Source of the DNA: Octopus vulgaris
Lineage: Eukaryota
Direction: 5' to 3'
DNA length: 64,000 bases
NCBI GenBank assembly: GCA_951406725.2
Contig: OX597827.1
Coordinates: forward strand, 16,120,001-16,184,000
In this document: positions 50,506-63,171 of the stretch, piece by piece
Layout: each line of letters opens with the position of its first letter
How positions within the stretch are numbered: the first letter of the stretch is position 1
Made by a program: the position numbers and the translations under genes
Notes under the pieces: model-generated
Databases searched by the model: none
Told to the model about the DNA's origin: nothing
Seen by the model: the letters and a program-made list of their open reading frames with translations, nothing else

Positions 50506-50783
50506 GATATCGAAGACAATTGAAGTCTTAAAATGAAACAAGGAATAGTCTTATGAAGAGCCATAACTGTAGGCCTCTGAATACTTTAAACAGCTTTACC
50601 CATAGAATGAAGCTAGACACAGTTGTAATCTCTAACCTCAATAGCAAAATAGGTGCATGTGTGGCTGTGTGGATAGGTGCAGTCATGACTGTGCAGTTAA
50701 GAAGTTTGCTTCCAGGCCCATGTGTTTTTGTGTTCAGTCCCAGTGTGTGGTACCTTGAACAGGTGTTGTCTACTGTAGTCCCA

Positions 50784-51010
50784 AGCGGCGAGCTGGCAGT
50801 AACGTTAGCATGCCGGGCAAAATGCTTAGCGGTATTTCGTCTGTCGTTACGTTCTGAGTTCAAATTCTGCCGAGGTCGACTTTGCCTTTCATCCTTTCGA
50901 GGTCGATAAAGTACCAGTTTCGGACTGGGGTCGATGTAATCGACTTAATCCCTTTGTCTGTCCTTGTTTGTCCCCTCTATGTTTAGCCCCTTGTGGGTAG
51001 TAAAGAAATA
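50784..51010 (+). mobile_element. SINE family 3 nested in an older SINE
   Basis: TSD TAGTCCCAAGC (50776-50786, 51013-51023). Confidence 0.92.
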
Positions 51011-51602
51011 TATAGTCCCAAGCTGACCAAAACCTTATGAGTGAATTTGATTAATGGAAACTGAAAGAAATCCATATTGTGTGTGTGTGTGCACCCTCGT
51101 CTAGATATCACGTGATGGCTGCAAATGAGCATCACCATCAGACAAGCGGTGTTGTTAGTTTCCAGTCTTCCATGCAGAATGCCTGGCCATAGGAAATTAT
51201 TGCTTGGAAACTGGTGAGGTTTGGCAACAGGAAGCGCATTCAGATGCTTCGGCAAATTCTGTCTGACTCCTGAGAGCAAGGAAAACTGGATATTCAATAA
51301 TGATGAGGAATTGAGATTCTAAAACCAAGGTGTCACGAAAAATGGCATTTGTGTGGGTGCTGGTATCACATCAAAAGCATTGGTAATGGTGTCATGTAAA
51401 AAGCAGCCAGTGCACTCTGCATAGTGGTTGGCATTAGGAAGGGCATCCAGCAATAAAAACCAAGTTAAAACAGACTTTGAAACCTGGTGCAGGCCCCTGA
51501 CCATGCCAGTTCTTGTCTAACCCATATCAACATGGAAAACAGAGTCAAATAATGATGAAGAAGAAAACTTTAATGAAGATTTACAAACTTATGTCGTAAA
51601 AT

Positions 51603-51909
51603 GGAGGCACAATGGGCCCAGTGGTTAGGGTAGCGGACTCGCGGTCGTAGGATTGCGGTTTCGATTCCCAGACCGGGCGTTGTGAGTGTTTATTGAGCGA
51701 AAACACCTAAAGCTCCACGAGGCTCCGGCAGGGGGGGGGGTGATCCCTGCTGTACTCATTCGCCACAACTTTCTCTCATTCTTTCTTCTGTTGGCCTGCT
51801 CGCTTAGCCAGTGGGGTGGCGTCATTTGAAGGCTAAAAAAACAATGCGAAGCGCATTGTGACCAGCGATGTGTAGCAACATCTGATAGCCTGGTCGGTCA
51901 CGGTCACGG
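51603..51909 (+). mobile_element. tRNA(Arg)-like SINE, tail type 1 (octopus OR-like)
   Basis: Head GGCCCAGTGGTTAGG..GGACTCGCGG..GGTTTCGATTCC; (CGGTCA)n tail; 13-bp TSD TATGTCGTAAAAT. Confidence 0.9.
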
Positions 51910-52085
51910 TATGTCGTAAAATAGAAATAATAAATCAAGGAATTTTTGCAAGTTCTACTTGTTCTTGTTAGTAGTATTAAAAAGACAGTGGCTGGCAGAA
52001 CATCAAATAAGACGCGTAGTAGTATTTATTTACCTCCCATTATGTTCTGAATTCAAATTCCAGTCAGGTTTGCCTGTCATCCGTC

Positions 52086-52117
<32 letters not shown>

Positions 52118-52875
52118 CAATCACCAGTCGATAAAAATAGTTACTGTGGTTGATATAAATGGGCTGTAATCTAGAGGGTAGTACCCCAGCTTGGCCACAG
52201 TCCAATGACAGACCAGTGAAAGAGGTTATTTGTGCCTGCATGGTAGACAAAACAGAGCAAATATGAAAACAATGGTAATTTCGGTATGTTGTTGCTGGAT
52301 TGAAACCTCGATGGTTGTTTCTCCAAAACCTCTGCATTCTGTCCTATCCTTCCACCCCCTACTTCCAATTTTCATTGGTTCAGTCTTGTGTAAATATGCT
52401 TCAGTTGTCACTGTGGAATGTTGACATTTGGATTAACAAGGGCAAAAACGTATACCTCCCCATTATTACTTATCCATAAATTGTTGTGGGTCTGCATATG
52501 AGTTGTGTGTGTTTGTGTGTGCCTTTGCATATATCTGTATAGTGTGTGCATGTGTGTGTGTGCTTGCATGCACTTGTATGTATGGATGCACATACACACG
52601 TTCAAGTGACAGGAATTTTAAAATCTAATAACTTCTCCATCTTGTAATTATTTACAAATATTTTTATTTGCGAATAGATTCATATAGAAAGAAAATTTAA
52701 CAAATGGAGATTAGTATTCTTCAGTTACGAAGAATTAGGCTGCTTAGATGTCCTCTACATTTCGGCTTGACAGAGACGGGCTCTTTCTATGTTTTCATGG
52801 CAGCAGTCAATAATTCTGGTTGAAAACTTTTAATTTCTTTCTGCGCAAATGTTGTTCTTGAGCTACTGAACTGTT

Positions 52876-53314
52876 TACTCTTACTTTTTTACTCTTTTAC
52901 TTGTTTCAGTCATTTGACTGCGGCCATGCTGGAGCACCGCCTTTAGTCGAACAAGTCGACCCCGGGACTTATTCTTTGTAAGCCCAGTACTTACTCTATC
53001 GGTCTCTTTTGCCGAACCGCTAAGTGACGGGGACGTAAACACACCAGCATCAGTTGTCAAGCAATGCTAGGGGGACAAACACAGACATTCATATATATAT
53101 ATACAATATATATATATATATATATACATACATACATACATACATATATACGGCAGGCTTCTTTCAGTTTCCGTCTACCAAATCCACTCACAAGGCATTG
53201 GTCGGCCCGGGGCTATAGCAGAAGACACTTTACCCAAGATGCCACTTAGTGGGACTGAACCCGGAACCATGTGGTTGGTTAGCAAGCTACTTACCACACA
53301 GCCACTCCTGCGCC
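52876..53314 (-). mobile_element. SINE family 1
   Basis: Full-length reverse copy. Confidence 0.92.
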
Positions 53315-53950
53315 TATGGAGATTATCGGTGCATACACACTCCTTCAATTATCTACGAAGAAAAAGAACACTAATTAGGCGTGGCTGTGTGACTAAGGAG
53401 CTTGCTTTGCGATTATGCAGTTTCAGGTTCAGTCTCACTATATGGCACTCGGGCAAGTAACTTCTAAAGACCTGACCAATGCCTTGTGAGTGAATGTGAT
53501 AAACTGCATTAAAGCCCTTTTTGTGTGTGCGTGTCAAAACTATATTGTACTCACTAATGAAATGCTAGAGAAAAATTTAAAAAACTGGTGTTACAGGAAG
53601 ATGGCTACAAATATGTAACATAATGTTTTCTAGAAGTTGTACAGTGAAAAATATAACATTGCTGTCATTAAGGAAAAAAATTAGTTAGGATATAATTTCG
53701 GTATTTTTAGGAAAAAAAAAAATTGGCATTTAAAAATATTAGTTATATATAAAAAAAACAATATATTGTACTCACGAAACGCTAGAGAAATTAAAAACCA
53801 GCGTTACAGGATAAATTGCCTGGGTCATCTGGATTATTTTTAGCAATCCCTTTTGGGGATATTGCTTCCTCTAATTCTGTGTGTGTGTGTATATGTGTAT
53901 GTATATATGTGTGTGTGTATATATATATGATGATGATATATATATATATG

Positions 53951-54158
53951 AGGCATAAATAATGGTTTTCATACGTTTGTGCATTAGACTTACAACTACT
54001 TCAGACAGGCGTTTTGGGTGCATTCATGTTCTGATTTAATTAATTGATTGATCAATCAACCAAATAATCAAACCATAAATGCACCCAAAGTGTATATCCG
54101 AAACAGCTGTAAGTCTATAATGCATAAAGAAATGTATAAAGTCCATTATTTATACCTA
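53951..54158. repeat. imperfect ~200-bp inverted repeat, possibly a PLE-derived fold-back
   Basis: AGGCATAAATAATGG/CCATTATTTATACCT, GCATTAGACTTACA/TGTAAGTCTATAATGC, TTTGGGTGCATT/AATGCACCCAAA. Confidence 0.65.
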
Positions 54159-54452
54159 TTTTATATATCGCTCTCTAGAATCAAACCATATTAACTTGTT
54201 AATACAACCATGTATTTACAAATCTGATTGGTGATGGACGACAACTTTGAAATGCCAATCATAGGACCTTTTCTTAGCTGAGATCAACTTTGCCTTTCAC
54301 CGTTTCAGAGTAGACCAAATAAGTACCAGTGCATACCGGCATCAATGCAATTGACTTATCCCATCCCCCAAATTGCCGGCCTTGTGCCAAAATTTGAAAT
54401 CATTATCATTATTATTATTATTATTAAAGCAATCTTTATTAACCTCTTTCAG

Positions 54453-54590
54453 AGAATTGAAAATAACTGGAGGACGGGCCAACACACACTACAGCGGATT
54501 CACTGTAGAAGCGAAACTAGTAAAGGAGTGTATTGCCTTCAGTACGATGACCAGAAGATCGTTAGTGGCTTAAGAGACAATACGATTAAG
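54453..54590 (+). CDS. BTRC: beta-TrCP exon, first WD40 repeat
   Basis: CAG acceptor at 54452. [52 protein letters not shown] donor at 54591, phase 0-0. Confidence 0.98.
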
Positions 54591-54805
54591 GTAAGTATCT
54601 AATTCCAAGCCCTCCTTTCCCGACTTCCACCACTTTTTATTATTTTTTTTTTTAAGAAATGGAAATTTTGCTATATTTTTGTTTTGTATTCATATATGTT
54701 TGTAGATGTGTACTTGATAGTCTGTGTCAAAGGGGTGGGCGGATGCCTTGATTTTTTTTTGTTTTTTAGAGAAATTAGGGAGACATGCATACATCGTACC
54801 CATAT

Positions 54806-54852
<47 letters not shown>

Positions 54853-57048
54853 GTAACAACCACACATGCACACATGAAATTTGATTCCTTACCGAATAAA
54901 AATGACATAACTAGTACTACTACTACTACTACTACTACTGTTGATAATAGTTTCTTCCATTGACACAAAGCCATTTTTGTAGCGGGTGGAGGATGTGGTT
55001 GTCGAGTAAATTAGCTACAGTACTCGGTTGGTAACGGAATTTGTTGACCTCTGGAAGAAGAAAAAGAGATGTCGATCCCTTTTGGGAATGAATGATAAAA
55101 TAAAGTACCAGTCGAGTACTGGGGTTGATGTAATTGACATACCCCCTCCTCCACCTCAAAATTGCTGGCTTTGTGCCAAAATTAGAACTATCCTCATTAT
55201 TAGTTAAAAACGTGATGGATGACAGACTTGGTGGAATGATGGGCGAAATGCCTTTATAGTATCATCCCTTTATATGAGTCAATGAGGAAGCCTCTATGTG
55301 GTTGCTTGACCTGCTAAAAATAGCAGCAAAATTATGCTTAAGTCACTTTCCTCCCTACTCTGCATTATTACAATATTCATAGCTAAAACACACTTGATCA
55401 CAGGTCAGTGCATTCTGCTGTCAAGGGGCTAAAAAAACAAGGTCCCTTTGCATTGTGATCAACTCTGCTTTTTATTCCCCTTAAGCCAATACAATAGGTG
55501 CTTGTTTAATAGTGGATGAATGATTTAATTGACTGTGCCCCCCCTCCCCATCAAAATATCATCTTCATGCCAAAGTTAGAAATTATTTAGTTGTCTCTGT
55601 TTTGAGTTCAATTCCTGTTGAAGTTCAACTTGGCCTTTCATAACTCTGGGGTTGAAAAAAAAAAAAGAAAAGAAAAAAAAAGTACCATTTTGTGTGCAGC
55701 AGTCTTGATTCAAATAGATTTTGTTACTTGGTGCTAATTAATGTAAGAAATTATTGTTATTGTCTCATGTTGGCAGATAAATAAGTGTTGGTCTAAATGC
55801 CTTTTAAACTATTCAGTTTTTGTTCTAATTTTTAGATTTCAAATCCTGCCAGAGTAGCTTTTGCCTTTTATTTGTTATGGTTTGATGAAATAATTTTCAA
55901 GTCGTGTATTTTGTGATTGTCCGAAATGGGCTTGTACTAATTAAAATAAATTTATCATCATAATTAGTAATATTATTATTAATAGTAATATTCTCTGTGA
56001 ATAAATACAAATACCAATGTTAAAATTATTTTATTTTTATATCATTATCATTATTATTATTTTTGTGATTATTACAATGGAATAAACCCTTTAAAAAATA
56101 ACTTAGAAAAAGTAAGGTTTTACGAGATAGATTATGCAATTTCCAAATTTTTAGAAGAAATTATTAGAAAAATTATTTTCCTCAATCTGATTCAAAATTT
56201 TAAAAACACCAAAAATTCCTAAATTCTCTTAGATTTCAATGTCTCAAAAAAAGAAAACCATTTTTATTTTTAGATTTACCAATATCCATGTAAGGAAGAT
56301 TCGAATATTAAGGTTAGACCACTTTCGCTTGTAGTCTTGCTCCTATGTTTATACATACATACACACACACACACACATATATATATGCATACACATGTAC
56401 ATATAAAACATACACGCATATATGCACACACATACAAACATGCACATACTCACATGCATACATGCATATACATACACAAGCATCCTCCACATTACAGAAT
56501 TCTACATTCCTGGAAAATCTTGGCATAATGCAGAATTTTGTAATGTGAAACTTATTTTCCCATTGATTTCCATGTTATAAATTGAGATGTTCTGATGGAA
56601 TTTTTTTTTTTTTTTTTTCCTTTTTTGTTGGGGAGGGAATCAACAACAAAAACATATTTTGATCAATTTTATGCATGAAAGTGATTTTCAAACACACGGG
56701 AACTGTATTTATACATGAAAACATTTGAAGAGAAGTACGTAAGGGAATGAATAGAATGCATTAATATAGTAAAGTAGGAACTCACTACAAAAAGAAAAAA
56801 GAAAAAAAAAAAGAAAAAGTAGAAAAAATAGTCGACTGCTGTGTTGCCATGAAGACTTACTGGGAGGATGAAAGGCACTGTCTTCTGTCCCGTGGATCAT
56901 AATTATAAACATCCACTTCAGTAATGAAAAATGTACGCAAAGCTGTATGATATTGACAATGCTTTATTTCTTTGTGAGGCTCAGTGTAGGAACTGAGCTG
57001 ATGATTATGAACTCCTCTTGACCAGATTCTTTACAGCCAATTGAAATA

Positions 57049-57284
57049 TATTTCTTTACTACCCACAAGGGGCTAAACACAGATGGGGACAAACAAGGAC
57101 AGACAAACGGATTAAGTCGATTATATCGACCCCAGTGCGTAACTGGTACTTAAATTTATCGACCCCGAAAGGATGAAAGGCAAAGTCGACCTCGGCGGAA
57201 TTTGAACCCAGAACGTAACGGCAGACGAAATACGGCTACGCATTTCGCACGGCGTGCTAGCGTTTCTGCAAGTTCGCTGCCTTG
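57049..57284 (-). mobile_element. SINE family 3
   Basis: 15-bp TSD CAGCCAATTGAAATA (57034-57048, 57285-57299). Confidence 0.93.
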
Positions 57285-57398
57285 CAGCCAATTGAAATAG
57301 TGTGGGTGGAGCTCTTGGCCATATTCTTTACAGCCAATTGAAATAGTGTGGGTGGAGCTTCTGTAGCCTCTTCTTGCTTTGTGGCCTTCTCTCTTAGT

Positions 57399-57687
57399 TT
57401 GTTCCTTCTCGAGCCATGCCTGGCTCATAAGGGCCAGTTTCCTCGGTTTCTTGGTGTATATGTTCTCCACCTGGATGGGACGCCAGTCCGTCGCAGGTGA
57501 GCTGCAAGATGCAGGAGGAAAGAGTGAGAGAAAGTTGTGGCGAAAGAGTCAGCAGAAGTTTCGCCATTACCTTCTGCCGGAGCCGCGTGGAGCTTAGGTG
57601 TTTTCGCTCATAAACATACACATCGCCCGGTCTGAGATTCGAACCCGCGATCCCTCATCCGCGAACCACTAGGCCATGTGCCTCCAC
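57399..57687 (-). mobile_element. tRNA(Arg)-like SINE, tail type 2 (octopus OR-like)
   Basis: Shares head and middle with 51603-51909 but has a different 3' half; flanking TCTCTCTTAGT repeat. Confidence 0.88.
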
Positions 57688-57759
57688 TCCTCTCTCTTAG
57701 TCTAAAAGCATCAGCTCTTTGTTAGACAAGCATTCTCTGTCTGACTCGCATAACTCAAC

Positions 57760-58560
57760 CATATCCCCTGCAACCTCTTCAAGCCCTGTATCATTTGTCA
57801 ATCACAGTATCTTGCTAAACTTGTAGACTTTCTGCTGGTGGAAGGCCTTTATGGTCAGGAATGCAGTCTATATTTTGCCAAATGCTATTGATAGATGTAT
57901 TCCAGTTCATCCCATGGTTCTGCTGTATTATCCACAACATTTATAAATTTAATATTTCCCCAGTAGTCCTCTTACTGCAGTGTTATCCTCCTCATAAATT
58001 ACATTTATGTATTGTTTTAAAATTCTGTTCTTAATTTCTGTCTTGAAATTAGCTATCACACTTTGATCCATTGGCTGGAGCAAGGAAGGTTCTACTCTTA
58101 GGGTTGTATTCTGCTCTCACATTATCAGAGAGACCATTTAAGTTCACTGGGTAGCTTGGCGCATTGTGTGAAAGAGCAACATTTTGTTGGAAATATTGTG
58201 CCTGGCATTGTGCTTTTCTAAAGCAGAGCAAAAAATATTTATAAGCCAGTTTTGGAAACATTTGTAGTCATCTCAGCTTTTTTTTTTATTTGAATCCCTA
58301 ATCACAGGTCAATTAAACTTGTAGTCCATGAAGGATTTTAGATTTCCAGAACAAGGGCTTTAATTTCATATCACTGGTAGCCTTTGATCCCACTAGAATT
58401 GTTAGGGAGTTTTTGAAAGCTTACAGCCTACTATTGATTTATTTCTCTAGAAATGTAAGTCCTAGCATGTGTACTTCCAGAAAAGCTTAGCTTCATCAAC
58501 CTTCTTTATTTGTTCTTGTTTGTGACCTCCTTCAGTAATAATTTTCTTCAGTTCCTCAGG
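57760..58560 (-). mobile_element. Tigger/pogo transposase relic
   Basis: Frameshifted minus-strand motifs VDE..LFWK, RTYIS, SNKKAEMT..FQNW, HNAPSYP and SLLQPMDQSVIANFK, typical of the DDE_1 pogo/Tigger domain. Confidence 0.8.
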
Positions 58561-58786
58561 ATAAGTAAATGAAACGGTGGAGAAGTGATGTTGAAAAGTG
58601 GGAGCTGTATGACACGAGAAAAATAATGCAATTGTTAAATCTAGTTACAAGACTCGGGGCAAGAATGCTGAGAGCAGTGAAAAAAAAAACATGGTCATTT
58701 GAATTGGTGTGGGCACAAAGAAGGACTGGGTAGAGAAGAGAATGAATAGCTGTTTGCAAGAAAGTCGATATGAATGTAGAAGAGGG

Positions 58787-59203
58787 GGATCTTTTCGGTT
58801 TGAACGGTAGTTTTTTCTAGCAGTGTCATATGAAATTGTCACCCATAATTATGACCCTAGTATCGATCTATTGCATTTCAATCTGTTTTAGGGTTAGGGG
58901 TGGGGGAAAGGGTATCTTTTTTTCTTCACAAATATAAATAAACCCAATCTGTTTCTTAAACAAGGGACATATTCATACGGCGCAGAATGTTTTTTTTTTT
59001 ACCCCAATAGACGTCACTGATTGGTTGAAATTGCAGAAATTGAAGAAAAATAACAACAAATATCTTACAAACTATAGAATTTTCTCAATAAAGCCAAGAG
59101 AAAAAGATGTTTTATAAACACATTCTACCAGTATGCGAAGTTTAAAATTTTTTTAGTTACCTAGAAATTATGTTAAAAACTGCATTTCAAGCTGAAAAGA
59201 TCC
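58787..59203. mobile_element. MITE family A
   Basis: Same TIRs and body; TSD GAAGAGGG/GCTGAGGG. Confidence 0.9.
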
Positions 59204-60056
59204 GCTGAGGGTATGACTTGGTGTTGGCAAGAATGTTGAGAACAATAAAACTATAAAAAGTTTGTAGGAGACAAAAACTAAATTTTAAATCAATCGGTAG
59301 ACTAAGCAACAAGAATTTCAGTGAATGGAGATAGAAAAACGAGAGAAAAATTGTTGATTGTACTAATGTATCGTACCAAATATCTATTTCTAGAAAGAAC
59401 TTGTGCATGTGTGTGTGTGTTGCATGGATTTTGATTTTTAGTTTTTAAAATTAAAGTTTCCATGAGGGTGGAATTACAAGCTCTTATCTTTAAATTAGTG
59501 GTCATACTTTACAATTACCTTTAGTGTAAAATTCTGTAACTAGAGATTTTCATAAGGTGTATACTTTGTGTGTTTGTGTGTACATCATACACATGTACCT
59601 GTCTGTATGTATACAGTACCTAAAAAAAATGACCCATAGGCAGTTTTAGCAGAGTTGATTGTGATGCAAGCATTTGGACTAGGCCTCTGGTTGGAAGATA
59701 ACTTCCTTCTACTAGTCCCACAGGCTCTAAAATGGGGTCAAGACCACTGCCCTTTCTCCTTCATGTCATTTTAGACACATGCACTATTGGACACACACAC
59801 ATTACGCATTCATTCGCACTTACTCACTCACACACAATCACTTTCTCTTTCTCTGTCTTTCTCATATGCACTCCCAGTGAACCTTTGTTAAACTGCACTA
59901 ATAATAGTGAGGAATGGTGTGTCTAACCTGACTGAGTAAACCAGCGGTAGGATTTTAAAATTGTGATATCGAAAATATATGCAATTTAAGCTGAACATGA
60001 TAAACAGTAACAAAATTACTGAAAATACTGTAAGCATCTTATAATTTTATATAAAA

Positions 60057-60435
60057 CTAGCAGTATCGCCCGGCGTTGCTCGGGTTTGTAAGGGAAATAA
60101 CTATATAAGCATTTTTAGAGAGTTATAGCCAAAAAATAGCAAAGAAATGCATTAAAAATGGAAAAAAAATAATGGTAAATTTTTTTTAAAATCGTTGACT
60201 CATCGTAGACATTTTTAGAGAGTTACTTCCCTTATATAATAGCGAAAAAATGCATTAAAGTGGAAAAAAATGATGGTAAATTTTTTTTTAAATCGTAGAC
60301 TCATCATAGATGCGCGTTAATACCCAGAAGGGCTCGATATGAATCACGACTATAAACTGCTCCGCAAAATGTGGGAGTAGTTAGGAATCTAAATCGTAGG
60401 AGACAGTCACACAACTTCACTTTTATATATAAAGA
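60057..60435 (-). mobile_element. non-autonomous Helitron (family b)
   Basis: Same termini, hairpin and body as 24089-24487. Confidence 0.88.
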
Positions 60436-60894
60436 TATCTATATTTTGTAAAATCATTTAACATTCTAGTATGTAAAAAAATTAAGTTATAACTGTAAAT
60501 TAATTTCATTTACCTGCAGTAGATACCTGTGGAGCTTGATGTAGTTTAGGTCGGGGTGATGACTTGTCATTAAGTACTGTGAGAGCTATGATGCTCTGCT
60601 AATCCTTACCGCTTAAACAGAAATCTTATTTGACAGTGAAGGATTGAGTTATCAATAAGTAGGTCATCACTACCAGCAGCAGCATTGTGACAAATTGGAC
60701 TGAAGATTGAGTTGGAGTTTCAGTTGTTTGATCTTACTGAAACTACCTGTGGATAATGAGTTGCCATAAGACTTTAAGATATCGATAATATTGCTAAACA
60801 TCTGTGTCTGTTGACAAGTCATTATATGAACGGACAAGCCATTGTATAGAACACTTGTATAATGATGTGTTTGGGTTTCTTGGACAATTTGTTT

Positions 60895-61166
60895 TGTTCC
60901 TTCTCAAGCCATGCCTGGCTCATAAGGGCCGGTTTCCTTGGCGTATAGTTTCCCCACCTGGACGGGACACCGGTCCGTCGCAGGTGAGCTGCAAGATGCA
61001 GGAGGAAAGATTGAAAGTTCTGGCGAAAGAGTCAGCAGAAGTTTGCCATTACCTTCTGCCGGAGCCACATGGAGCTTAGGTATTTCGCTCATAAACACAC
61101 ACGTCGCCCGGTCTGAGATTCGAACCCGCGATCCCTCAACCGCGAGTCTGCTGCTCTAACCACTAG
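60895..61166 (-). mobile_element. tRNA(Arg)-like SINE, tail type 2
   Basis: Homologous to 57399-57687. Confidence 0.88.
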
Positions 61167-61822
61167 TTTCTTGGTCAATGGTTCATCATCATTGTCTTTG
61201 TTGTTACAAATGAGAATTTCGTCTATTTCCTCTTGTAATAACACAGGATCATTCTCTGCCGTCAAATCCAGGTTTTGACATTCTCTTGTGTGACATCATC
61301 TCACCTGTTCTCTGAAGTTTATTCTAAAAATCCCTTGTGTTCAATTCTTCAGAATTGCATTCTACTTCCACATTCTGCACAGGTCTTTCCCAAGCATTAT
61401 TGGTTACAGTAGTACACTTCGGTGTCTTCGACGAGGTTGCGAAATCGGTTGCAGTTCTTGAGCCACTGAGAAATTCTTTGTTCTCCTGGTTTTTCTTAGA
61501 TTGTCCTCTTGTCATCACAAGAACTTTGTTCACACACCTTCACTGCTACAATGTCTTACAGGCTGCAATTACATTTTGAGTCATTGGCTTGACTCTGGAT
61601 GTAAAATTTGAGCGGCAAGAAGTAAACAGGTGCATTGTTCAAAATTAATATCTTCGCTTCATTAAAAGAATGATTGACAGTATACACTTCAGTAAGTAAA
61701 GTGAGAAAACCAGTCATTAAAGGTGTGCACATTGAACCATGGTAATAATGGCCTGATAGCTGGTACATAGCATCTTTTGAAGTTGAAAATGAACTGAACT
61801 TCACCACTAACACTAACTTTAA

Positions 61823-62040
61823 CCCTTTTCATTACCAACCCGGCTGAAACTCGGCTCTGGCTCTGTAGTACAAATGTCTTGTTTTCATAAATTTTGAATT
61901 AAAATCTTCCACCAAACCTTGGTCACAATTTATGTTTCTAACACTAGCTTAATGATGACTAAGTTATTTTACTAAATTCTTTGTTACATCTAAAATAATT
62001 GAGAGAAACACAGAGCATCTCAAATATGGTAAGAAAAGGG
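61823..62040. mobile_element. piggyBac-type MITE family B
   Basis: TTAA|CCCTTTTC..GAAAAGGG|TTAA; shared body. Confidence 0.9.
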
Positions 62041-62139
62041 TTAAAAGGCGCTTACAATTTGGATTCATGCAACACAGTACCACAGAACATTTCTTAATTT
62101 GTGACTCGGTGTGGATGTTTCTTAAACATTTAAATCAAC

Positions 62140-62693
62140 TACATCTGGCCCAAATATTTAACCCAAACTGGTCAGATCCAGACTTTCATTCTAAAAATAA
62201 ACAATAAACAGGCGCAGGAGTGGCTGTGTGGTAAGTAGCTTGTTTACCAACCACATGGTTCCGGGTTCAGTCCCACTGCGTGGCATCTTGGGCAAGTGTC
62301 TTCTGCTATAGCCCCGGGCCGACCAATGCCTTGTGAGTGGATTTGGTAGACAGAAACTGAAAGAAGCCTGTCGTATATATGTATGTGTGTTTGTGTTTGC
62401 CCCCTTAGCATTGCTTGACAATCGATGCTGGTGTGTTTACGTCCCAGTAACTTAGCGGTTCGGCAAAAGAGACCGATAGAATAAGTATTGGGCTTACAAA
62501 GAATAAGTCCCGGGGTTGATTTGCTCGACCAAAGGCGGTGCTCCAGCATGGCCGCAGTCAAATGACTGAAACAAGTAAAAGAGTAATTACATCATCGAGA
62601 TCTTGAAACTATGAAATGATGAATGATAAACCATGAAATAAACCAGGAATAAATGAGCATTACATTTGACAGAGTAATCTGAATGCTAAAGGG
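62140..62693. mobile_element. MITE family C (reverse orientation) interrupted by a SINE1 insertion (62210-62585)
   Basis: Reverse-complement homology to 13291-13545 on both sides of the SINE. Confidence 0.75.
62210..62585 (+). mobile_element. SINE family 1
   Basis: Full-length copy. Confidence 0.92.
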
Positions 62694-63106
62694 TCAAAGT
62701 TGGGTATTCTGGGGGGTAGCGACTGCTTCTTTAGCAACCCAGTTTCGTTCTTCACATTTAAATCATTTGATCTCTTCCTGAATGTTTCGATGACTTTGAT
62801 TTATTCACTGCCTGATTTTGTTGTGGGTAATTTTATTGCTCAACCAAGAAGTTTGAAGTTTGTGACGGGTGGTTGTCATTGTTTAAATTGCCACAGCCGT
62901 ATGTCACTAGCTGGAAATATTTTAATTGCATATACTTAGCTAGTTTGGTAGCAGTTCTTTGAATTTCCGCACCACAGACATCGTTACCCACAAGATCATT
63001 GATGCATGCACTGTTGTTATTGTCTCCTTGGAATTTGCTTATTTTTCAACTATCCTGCACTTTCTTGCTCCAGTTGATGGCAATGTATAATTAGCATCAG
63101 CATTAA

Positions 63107-63171
63107 AAGTTTAAAAGTGTTTAGTTACGTGGAATTATTTAAAAAAACTGCCATTCAAACCGAAAAGATCC
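63107..63171. mobile_element. MITE family A right-end fragment
   Basis: AAGTTTAAAAGTGTTTAGTTACGTGGAA..AAAACTGCCATTCAAACCGAAAAGATCC. Confidence 0.8.

Noticed and set aside
51603-51680. tRNA gene
   Set aside because: It is the head of a TSD-flanked SINE without a proper acceptor stem; the same applies to the tRNA-like segments at 20893-20961 and 21163-21230.
57285-57360. 46-bp tandem duplication beside SINE3 (similar small duplications near 6251/6381, 30054 and 39375)
   Set aside because: Ordinary local slippage duplications with no further structure.
61200-63050. Possible decayed LTR-retrotransposon gag-pol fragment (VMTRGQSKK motif)
   Set aside because: One short motif; no protease, RT or integrase signature and no LTRs recognised.
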